Below are positions 45,701-53,900 of a DNA stretch of 61,061 bases, piece after piece. The first letter of the stretch is position 1; each line of letters begins with the position of its first letter. Under the pieces are notes generated by a model. It saw nothing but the letters and a program-made list of their open reading frames with translations. It ran no database searches and had not been told where the DNA came from. Source of the DNA: a virus (taxonomy: Duplodnaviria > Caudoviricetes); IMG/VR virus record IMGVR_UViG_3300008012_000030, positions 1 through 61,061 of that record. One strand, 5' to 3'. The translations under genes were made by a program, and so were the position numbers.

Positions 45701-48700
45701 GATTCACATAAGTATCCAATGTGTGAATAATATGTAAACACTGACACAAGCTCTCCACGACCGTTGTTTAGAATCCAGGCACCTATACCATCTGATATAA
45801 CCTGTGTAAAGTCGTTTGAAACAATCGAATCGTTACCGCCGTTATGTAGTGCACCGTCAATTTTCTGACCAACTGCACCATAACCAAATGTTGTACAGTT
45901 CTGTACGTATGGAGAACGTGCTGTAATCCATACACGTTTATCATCTGGACCCCAACCCGGATCTAGTGAAGCATAAGCGCCTGCTGTAGGTCTTTGTGTT
46001 CCGTTAGAGTTTGCAGGACCTAAATCTCCTTGTAGGCCTTCCATAGTTTGTAGTCTCAAGCCTGTTCCGTTACGTAAGTAATAAAAATCTTCTTCTTGTG
46101 ATCCTAATACACTATTAACATAATAACGAGCTGCTAGTCTAGATTTGTAAATTGCAGGTAGATACAATGTAACATCAAACCCAAACTTGTTATACGTTCT
46201 AAATTGTTCTTGTGGCCAAGTTACATCCCATTTAATTGCATCTATATATTCTCTAACGTCTCTTGCACATAATGTTCTATTATAATCATAAGCCATGTAA
46301 ACTTCAAAACCTTCTCCGTAATTTAATATGTTTACTACAGGTCCAAATTTTGACTCTGAAAGTGTAAAGTTTGTGTCACTTAAAATGCTTCTTACATAAT
46401 AGGTAGTATTTTCATCAAATTGTGAATTTTCTACAGATTGTGCAGAATCATCACCATCTCTAAATTTTACAGGCATTCCCTCAAATAGATAACTTGTATC
46501 ATCTATAATAACTTGTCCATCAGCTAGACCTGTAGTTATGGTTAATCCATTTACTGTTGCCTTAAAAGTTTCATCTACATGAGCTAATACTTCATCTACA
46601 AAAAATTCTTTGTTTAGTTCTAACATTCTTGTAGAGTTATATGCTTCAATATCAGCAGTTTGAGAATTGCTTGCTTCTGGAGATCCACTCCAAATAATAT
46701 CTTCAACCCATTCCCAAGTTTCATTTACACCTGCTATTGCTGCCGCGTTACCACTTAATGCAGATACTAGAACCGTTCTAGCGTATTCGTTAGCAGCTAA
46801 AGTTGCAGTTTTTTGATTGCCGACAATTTTTGCTGATGGTTGTCTAAGGTAACTATAAGCCGCTTGTATACTTGCAAAATTTGAACCAAGCATAAAATCA
46901 TATCTTGCAGCATCAATAATTAAACCAAGATCTCTTGAACACTTTGCCTGATTGTAGTTAAAGTTACTGTATGTTGTGTTTATATACTGTACAGTGCTTG
47001 TAATTACATCGTTTTTATCACTAAAAATATTACTATGAGCGGTTTGATATTCTGCATCGGCCCATGTAATACTTGGATAAACAGGAGCAGGCAAACTATT
47101 TAAGTTACCGGCTGTAATTGCTGCTGTAATGATATCAATCTTAGCATCTAATTCTGTTTCTTCAGTTGCAGTGGCAGGCGTGCCAGGTTTTGTTTGAAGT
47201 TCAGTATGTCCGCTTTGTGCTGTAACAGTTCCTTCTTGAATGATTGTACCTACAATGCTCTTTAAATGGTTGTACGCTGCCACAGTTTCAACTTCGTTAC
47301 CATAAAGTTGAGAAGTACCATCATCAAAATAACTTTCAGCAATCCTTGTTGTTGCTTGTGTTCCGCCATACAATATGTCATAACATAATGCATCAATTAT
47401 AAATCCTACATCTCTACGACATTTTCCTTCGTTATAAGATAATGCACCATATGTATTATTAACATAAGCTACTACATCTTCTTGCATAAATGTTTTGTTA
47501 GCAATTAAATTATCCTTAGCATCTACCCTGTTTTGATCGACTCCTACAGGACTTGGAAAACTTAATGCATTTTCAGCACTAAGACCGTTAGTAATCATAT
47601 CAACAATTTCATTATATGCTGTAGTTATTCTAGCACTTGCATTTGACGATCCACCTGCAGATGATCCGTCATCTGTAACTGTTTCTTTTAATTGATCTCT
47701 AGCATATCTTATAGAACCTACTGTTTCTGTTCTTTGTGCTTGTAAGTTATAAGCGTTGTTAGGTCTATTATAAGCACGACCGTTGAATATAGCATTGTAA
47801 TTTGTCCCCAAAGCCACATCATACGCAGTATCTGTAATTATATTATTAAGATCTCTTCTGCATTTTGCACTGTTATATTGAAAACTTCCGAAATGTCCGT
47901 TAATAAAATCTATAGTATTTTCTTGTACTGTAGATTTTAATAAACGTATAGTTTCGCTACCGTTAATTAATGTTTGACTTACTCCGCTGGTATCAGGATA
48001 TGTAATAGATACAGAACCACTACCATTAGTAATTATATCAATAATATTATCCATTAATGAAGCAACTTTTGCTGTCGTTGTAGGAGTACCTGCGAATCCT
48101 AAATCTTCAATTTGCGTTTCAACACTTTGTAATGGCGATGCTATGTTTGTATTTTGCGACACAGATTGCATTATATTTTTTAAATAACCGTAAGCTGCAA
48201 GTGTTGCTGTTTTTTCACTTGATGCTATTTGTAAATTTGTACCTTCGTAATATGCTTCTCCTGCTTTAACGCTCTGCCAATTTCCGTTATAAGTTAAATC
48301 ATATCCAACGCTATCAATTATAAATCCAACATCTTGTTTACATTTTGTTCTACTGTATGCAAGATTAGGATAATTTACTCTAATATATTCTATAACTTCT
48401 GCTTGTAAAAACTTTTTATTCAGTTTTAGTAAATCTCTTGCATAACCAAATGCAGGTGTAGACATATCATATGCCTTTGTAAGTCTAGCTTCTTTTTTGT
48501 TACCAAGTCCTACATCTATCCTTCTGCGAATACTTCTTGCAAGTTTTTTAACTGCGTTTTTAGGTCCATCTGTTTCAGCATATGGCCAACTTTGTATTTG
48601 TGTTTCTGTATTTCCGGTTGTCGGAGTAACTGTTGTTCCTGCTACCACATCACTAATAACAGATTCTAATCTTTTTAAACCTTCATAACTATAATTAAAA

Positions 48701-48948
48701 TCGTCTGCAGGTGTTAGAGTGGCGTTAGTTGCCTTTCTTGGCTGTACATTAGTTGATCGTAATTCATCACCAATTATACAGCATTCAGCTGGTACAATAA
48801 TAGGTAAAACTTCATAATACTTACCAGTGCTAACTTTTATAAGTGTATTTCTAATTAATCTTTGAGGGATATTAGTATCGTTTCCTGCTGTTATAGCATC
48901 GGTTACTATTCCGCTTAGTTGTGTAATTGTTTGAAATATTGTTGCCAT
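42772..48948 (-). CDS. Giant tail/baseplate protein (2058 aa): beta-helix segments, five helical C-x-(R/Q)-D repeats, BNR-like propeller
   Basis: I.GDELRST, SPYVQNCT, SNDFTQ beta-helix motifs; YS.DG..W repeats; C-terminus HDFL.IGTG...TDQDGNFR shared with 50918-56503. Confidence 0.85.
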   Translation of the reverse strand: MATIFQTITQLSGIVTDAITAGNDTNIPQRLIRNTLIKVSTGKYYEVLPIIVPAECCIIGDELRSTNVQPRKATNATLTPADDFNYSYEGLKRLESVISDVVAGTTVTPTTGNTETQIQSWPYAETDGPKNAVKKLARSIRRRIDVGLGNKKEARLTKAYDMSTPAFGYARDLLKLNKKFLQAEVIEYIRVNYPNLAYSRTKCKQDVGFIIDSVGYDLTYNGNWQSVKAGEAYYEGTNLQIASSEKTATLAAYGYLKNIMQSVSQNTNIASPLQSVETQIEDLGFAGTPTTTAKVASLMDNIIDIITNGSGSVSITYPDTSGVSQTLINGSETIRLLKSTVQENTIDFINGHFGSFQYNSAKCRRDLNNIITDTAYDVALGTNYNAIFNGRAYNRPNNAYNLQAQRTETVGSIRYARDQLKETVTDDGSSAGGSSNASARITTAYNEIVDMITNGLSAENALSFPSPVGVDQNRVDAKDNLIANKTFMQEDVVAYVNNTYGALSYNEGKCRRDVGFIIDALCYDILYGGTQATTRIAESYFDDGTSQLYGNEVETVAAYNHLKSIVGTIIQEGTVTAQSGHTELQTKPGTPATATEETELDAKIDIITAAITAGNLNSLPAPVYPSITWADAEYQTAHSNIFSDKNDVITSTVQYINTTYSNFNYNQAKCSRDLGLIIDAARYDFMLGSNFASIQAAYSYLRQPSAKIVGNQKTATLAANEYARTVLVSALSGNAAAIAGVNETWEWVEDIIWSGSPEASNSQTADIEAYNSTRMLELNKEFFVDEVLAHVDETFKATVNGLTITTGLADGQVIIDDTSYLFEGMPVKFRDGDDSAQSVENSQFDENTTYYVRSILSDTNFTLSESKFGPVVNILNYGEGFEVYMAYDYNRTLCARDVREYIDAIKWDVTWPQEQFRTYNKFGFDVTLYLPAIYKSRLAARYYVNSVLGSQEEDFYYLRNGTGLRLQTMEGLQGDLGPANSNGTQRPTAGAYASLDPGWGPDDKRVWITARSPYVQNCTTFGYGAVGQKIDGALHNGGNDSIVSNDFTQVISDGIGAWILNNGRGELVSVFTYYSHIGYLCESGGRMRATNGNNSYGKFGSVAEGVDPDETPVTAIVDNEKQYNAVVANVFTDGADEILSVEYSHAGNDYTEANLNFFGVGDNESTVFDEFRDQGVNQVRIIEVDDSTGNPDATAGGNGYLVVTNTAQTGSSTSITLAATDGNSSTAYIGMKVLITGGAGTGHYAIVDTYNAGSKVATVVKESDGTAGWDHVVSGTAFVSPNSSSTYLIEPAISFTAPTRSDTTHSITSDVWNDVHYFETSAQYNNVASATDGDGISATFNVTRNGSKYYVTLNSGGSGYTRLETLTILGTNLGGTSTTNDITITATVVNASTGAIEEFDISGVGLKGRFIALPDSGTTAIISNDGSTWTNSTLATSLTWQRLSSGLADDGSTTFKQSYVIAAGITGGATAVNYSTTGASGTWSAPASQPALTASTRCDVAFGQVASATARFILIGDGDRDVAYSDDGGASWTTTANALPSTGYTAVAYGQGKFVAIKSGSQETSYSTDGVTWVQVAAGMPNTNAWTDLAYGKGKFYAIASDSTTGAYSLDAGANWTANTITTGGGGTALPVRISYGQGVFVVTTNDTNELPYSEDGVYWPTPYAITATTYTGGLKAVGFGNPNRDPKFVAIQTGTTTALGNFKIGCTTKARAGVASEKLFELRITEPGSGYGVTAPTMTITDPNNINEALFTVRLNSGILGQPTFVARGSGFISASAEVNTDESNGFANFLQDGQFVAVRQLSAVPVNGSNVVFDNLPNQVFKLVNVVSRVGTKDGAYTAFLQLSPNMEIEDAVPNGDNVTMRIRFSQVRLTGHDFLDIGTGNFDDTNYPNNVYGDPVNDPVQDNETEDFNGGRVFFTATDQDGNFRVGDLFSIEQATGVATLNAEAFNIAGLQELTLGEVTLGGNSASVTEFSTDPFFTANSDSIVPTQRAIKSYIEAQIGGGGASLVVNSVTAGDIFINSTQITTVTGALINIKANVNFTKSVLGLPLAYNYFLR

Positions 48949-49420
48949 TAGTATCCTCCGCCTACTGCTACGGCGCTTCCCCCTGTTACTACACTTTCGT
49001 AATCAACAATAGATTGATCGCCAAGTGCAGCTTCAAAATATTGTGCAACTACCGCTGTAGAGTTATCACCATTTGTTGTTTGGTAATTTACTGCAGGTGC
49101 TTGTTGTTTTAAAACCTTTTCTATAACAGTTAATCCGTATGCAATGCTTGCTTTCGTTTCATTCTTCTGTGATAGATATGGAGATCCTGCTGTCTCATTT
49201 ACGTATGATAATGCTGCTTCACGAGAACGTACATTGCCTCCGTGTTTCAAATCCCATATAAATGCATCAACTAATAATCCCATATCTCTTTCACACTTTG
49301 CACTATTGTAAGAGAACGCACTTGTGAACGGTGAAATATTATTTGTTATTTGATAGTCTGTCCATTCTACAATTTCTCGCTGAATAAATCTTCTGTTTCT
49401 TTCTAGTAATTTTACAGCAC
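46130..49420 (-). repeat. Six helical protein repeats, consensus L..N..F...E...Y......Y...KC.RD.G.IIDA..YD...G
   Basis: Cys codons at 49293-49295, 48340-48342, 47860-47862, 47419-47421, 46939-46941 and 46267-46269; boundaries approximate. Confidence 0.85.
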
Positions 49421-50891
49421 TAGCAGCTTTAGTACCCATCTCAACTTGTTGAGCAGCATATCTAATGCTTCTCCAAGGTCTATCTATAGATTTACCATAA
49501 GCTGGTGCAGGACTGTCTACACCATGTTCTGCAACATAGTAAACATCATCAGCACTTGCATAAGTAACCCATTCAGGTATTCCTGCTGTGCTTACTTGTA
49601 AAATTTGTCCATCTGTTCCAATTGGTAAACGAGTTGGTCCTGCAGCTCCATAGTATACTAAATCGCCTGTAGTAGTCAAAACACTTTGTTCACTACCAAT
49701 TGTTATTACGTTCCAGTAAGTACCAGTTGCATCTAAGTCTGGACGAGAATTTTGTGCGCCACCGCCTGGATCTACTTTTGTTTCTGTAGAATAATCATCA
49801 CCTTCGGAAACATGTCCTAAAATACAAATATATGAATTATCACCATATCTTACAACATCGCCTTCATAGTATTCTTGGTCATCTAACCATTCTCCGCGCC
49901 AGTCAATACCGGTATTAAATCTATCCCAGTATGTGCTATTTGGTGGTTGCTGACCTGTATGATCAATTTTAGCTCTATATGTATATCCGCCTAAACGTAC
50001 AAGATCGCCAACTTCGTATTCAAAGTTTGAACTATCGTCGCCCCAATCTCCTATAAATCTTAAACCTTCTGAAAATAAATCCCAATCACTTGTTGATGCA
50101 GGAGGTCGAGCACCTGTGTTTTCAGTTTTTGCAATATATTGGTTACCACCATATGCAACAATATCTCCTGGTTGATAATTTGCAGGACCGCTCCATCTAG
50201 ATTCGTATTGGAAGCCATCTACAAATTTTGACCATTTTGCACTGTCTGCCGCAAAAGTTCCTGCTGCTGTATGATACTGTGTAGCTATCCATAAGTTAGC
50301 GCCTAGTCTAACTACATCGTTAACTTTATATCTAGTGCCGGTTGCCCAATCATTTTTGTAATCAAATCCTTGATTAAAAATATCCCATTTAGAAAGATCT
50401 GCTTCTAATCCTAAGCTGTCAGTCGCTGCGCTAATATGATTCTGGTTACATACATATGTTGTTCCACCGTACTTTACTTGATCATTTTGTTTATAATCGA
50501 AATTAGTTTGCCAATCACCCTTCCATTCAATACCTTCTGCATAAATCACCCAGTTTGCAATGTCAGCTTCTAATCCTGTAGTAGAATCCGCTGCAGATGT
50601 ATGAGGATTCTGACAAATATATAGTCGTCCACCATATCTTACAATATCACTGTACACATAATAAACTTGTGGTTGCCAGTCACCTTTCCAAGTTTGTCCA
50701 TCACTTACCAGATTCCATTTTGGAGGACTAATATCAAAGTCACTAAAGAATGAAGCAGAACTAATATGACCCGTTATACAAATGTATACTTTTCCACCAA
50801 AAGCAACAACATCATCTTGATAATATTGTTGTCCGGTAGCCCAGTCATTTTTCCATACAAATCTAATTCTACCAAGTTTAAATTCTGCCAT
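48948..50891 (-). CDS. Tail/baseplate protein with seven CBM5/12-like repeats; N-terminal half of a split paralogue of 50918-56503
   Basis: Seven W....Y...D.V..GG..Y.C...H repeats, RLPIG..GQ.L, VYYVAEHGVD...RPW.SI.YA; GGAG RBS; GATAAATA at 50910-50917. Confidence 0.85.
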   Translation of the reverse strand: MAEFKLGRIRFVWKNDWATGQQYYQDDVVAFGGKVYICITGHISSASFFSDFDISPPKWNLVSDGQTWKGDWQPQVYYVYSDIVRYGGRLYICQNPHTSAADSTTGLEADIANWVIYAEGIEWKGDWQTNFDYKQNDQVKYGGTTYVCNQNHISAATDSLGLEADLSKWDIFNQGFDYKNDWATGTRYKVNDVVRLGANLWIATQYHTAAGTFAADSAKWSKFVDGFQYESRWSGPANYQPGDIVAYGGNQYIAKTENTGARPPASTSDWDLFSEGLRFIGDWGDDSSNFEYEVGDLVRLGGYTYRAKIDHTGQQPPNSTYWDRFNTGIDWRGEWLDDQEYYEGDVVRYGDNSYICILGHVSEGDDYSTETKVDPGGGAQNSRPDLDATGTYWNVITIGSEQSVLTTTGDLVYYGAAGPTRLPIGTDGQILQVSTAGIPEWVTYASADDVYYVAEHGVDSPAPAYGKSIDRPWRSIRYAAQQVEMGTKAASAVKLLERNRRFIQREIVEWTDYQITNNISPFTSAFSYNSAKCERDMGLLVDAFIWDLKHGGNVRSREAALSYVNETAGSPYLSQKNETKASIAYGLTVIEKVLKQQAPAVNYQTTNGDNSTAVVAQYFEAALGDQSIVDYESVVTGGSAVAVGGGY

Positions 50892-50917
50892 TTATTTGCT
50901 CCGCTATGTTATTTATC

Positions 50918-53900
50918 TTATTGCATTGACTCATTGAAATTCCTTGCAAACAGCATTTGACTAACTATTGTACCCTGTATTGCTGTTGGGTTGTTTAAAT
51001 CATCTTTACCGTCAAAAACTACAACTCTCGGTATTGTTAGATAGTTGCCTCCTGTGGTTAAAATTATATTTTCACTAGTGCCAACCTGAACTTGACCTGC
51101 TGTAATACTATTAGTTTCAAGATCAGAACCACCAACTGACAATCTATCTGCTAAGAACGTAGCAATAGCTTTTTGTGTTGGTATAATACTATTGCTATCT
51201 GCACTAAATGTGGGGTCGGTACTAAATTCATTTACTACTGCACCGGAACCACCTAGCCTTACTCCGCCAAGTGATAGTTCACTTAAACCGTCTAAATCAA
51301 AAAATTCTGCACTAATTGTAACCACACCAGTTGCTTGGTTTACACCAAATAATTCGCCTGCTCTAAAGTTACCGTCTTGGTCTGTACTGGTATAGAAAAC
51401 TCTACCACCATCAACTTCTAATACTTCATTTTCTGGCGCACTAACAAAATATGCGCCGCCAGCATAAATTTCTGGGTAATTTGTTTGTTGGAAGTTACCT
51501 GTACCAATGTCTAGGAAATCATGTCCTGATATTCTACACTGTGCATATCCTACCCTTAATGTAGTTGCAGTATTCGTTGCTAGATTGTATTCGTTTTTCA
51601 TTGAAGGACTTATTTGGAAACGTACAATTCTAGTTCCATTTCCGCTTCCGTCGTCGCCTAAATCAGTTGCACCAACTCCTGTAAATAATTTGTATACATC
51701 AGGATCATCAGAAACTTCGTCGTCAATTGTTGCAAATCTAATTTGCACTCCCGGTCCAGGTATACTTGCATTTACTCCTTTTAGTGTTACAAATGATCCT
51801 TCAGGGATAATATCTGCAAATCCATTTCCAGATATTGTTATAGAACTTGTAGTAACTCTATAACCTGCACCTCTGTTTATAAAGTCGGGTTGGGCTAATA
51901 CGCCGTTTCCTAATCGATTATCTACTTCAATTTCACTTACATATTGAGTGTCAACTACTGTTAATTCAACAGGATTTGAAACAGAATAACCGCTACCAGG
52001 ATCCCAAATTTTAATTTCTGTAAATGATCCAGCAGTTACGTTTGCTCTAACTTTAGCTAGTGCCCCTGTATTAATTGTACATACACTATTTAGAATTTGA
52101 TTGTCTCTGAATGTTACCCAACGAGGTTCTTGTCCTATGTCTGTAAAACAAATTGTTTTATATTCTCCTGCATTATCAAGATTATATTCTCTCCAATAAA
52201 TTCCATCTTCTGTAGTTGCTACCCAAGTTGTCGGACCAGATTCAAAACCTAAAGGTTGACCATAATCTACGGCTGTTTGTGTTTGACAAACTGCCACAAA
52301 TACACCTTGTCCATATTTGATGTCATTCCATATCATAGCAGTTGATCCGTCTGGTGACGGAGCAGTAGTACCTAATGACCAAGTTTGTCCTCTATCTAAA
52401 CTATATGCTATAGTACCGTCTTCGGCTAGTGCTAAAAATCTATTGTTTCCGTATTCAAGATTGATCCAATTATACTCTCCTGGAAGAACATTATTAAATC
52501 TTGACCAAGTTATTCCATCTGCACTATATGCTACATCTCTTGTTTGGGAGCCAGATATTGCTACAAATCTTTGTTGTCCAAATGCTACTTTTAACCATTG
52601 ATCTCCTGTACTGTCGTCTCCCGTAGGTAATGTTGCTGATCCCCAATTTAATCCGTCTGTGCTATAAGCCGCTACATTAGTATTTTCTGCAATAACAACA
52701 AACCTATGTGTTCCACCTTTCAGTAATCCGTACGCACCGTCTACCCAGTTTTGTGATGTTGGTAGGCTCCTTGTAGTCCAAGAAACACCGTCATAACTAA
52801 AACTATAATTTGCTGTACCTCTTGCTAAAGCTAAAAATCTATTTCTGCCTGTTAAAAGTTTAAAATAATTTGCATTTACACTTAGATTTGTTTCTGTCCA
52901 AGATGTTCCGTTGTCACTGTAAACAACAAAGTTAGGACTTGCTAGTGCTACAAATCTTCCATCTCTTGCCACTCCAGAAGTAGAAATACTTACTATTGTA
53001 TTTGAACTGTCTTGGGTTGTTTCTGTAACTGTTACTGTTAAGTCATTTGCTGGTGTAGCTCCGCCTAGTGATGTTCCAGGAACTACTAGTTGATCTCCTG
53101 TAGCATATCCAGCTCCAGGATTAACAAGAGTAACAATATAATTATTTCCTGATCGTTGTACATTTATTGTTGCGGGCACTGCTACAGTATCTTGTACACC
53201 AGCACTTCCGTCTGCAAGTTCAATATTAAAGTAAAAAGCAGTTAATCCGCCAAACTGGCTATCTATAAATGATCGAGCTTGTGGTAAATTTGTTGCTGAT
53301 GAACTAAATCCTGGATGATTTGCATAAACTCTCGGTTCGATTCTATAAGTTGTTGTGCTATCTAAATCTGTTTCAATTGGAAATCCTGGTAATACATGAT
53401 CCCAGCCTAATTCGTTAGTACTCTCTTTACGTACTGTACATTCTTTTGATACTGTGTTATAAGCGGCAACGTATCCGTATTGTCCTACTCCTGTTCCTTG
53501 AATGATTAACAATCTCATACCTAGAATTTCTGTATCAAATTGTGTTTCTTCATTAGTGTTAAGAATAAGTCTACTGCCTGCACCAATTGTTACTTGTGCA
53601 GAATTTTGTCTTACAAGATAATTAGATCCGCCTTCTGATCCTGATCCACTAGTGTTAATTAATCTTGATTCAAATAATGCACCATGTCTAAAGTCAGTAT
53701 ATTCAACTTCAGCATCAAATCCTGCACCAATAATCTCTGCACTTGCTTGTGAATAATTTTCTCCTGCATGGCTGTATTCAAAAACAAATAATTGATCTGT
53801 AGTGCCTCCTGCAAAAGCAGCACTAACTTGAGCTTCGTTTTGCGTATTATCTACTAAAACATCTTGAGGCACTTCGTCAGGATCATTACCTTCTGCGATT

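Noticed and set aside
46130-49420. Calling the phage a cyanophage because of the phycobiliprotein-like repeats
   Set aside because: No photosynthesis or other cyanophage marker genes are in the window; the host cannot be assigned from these data.
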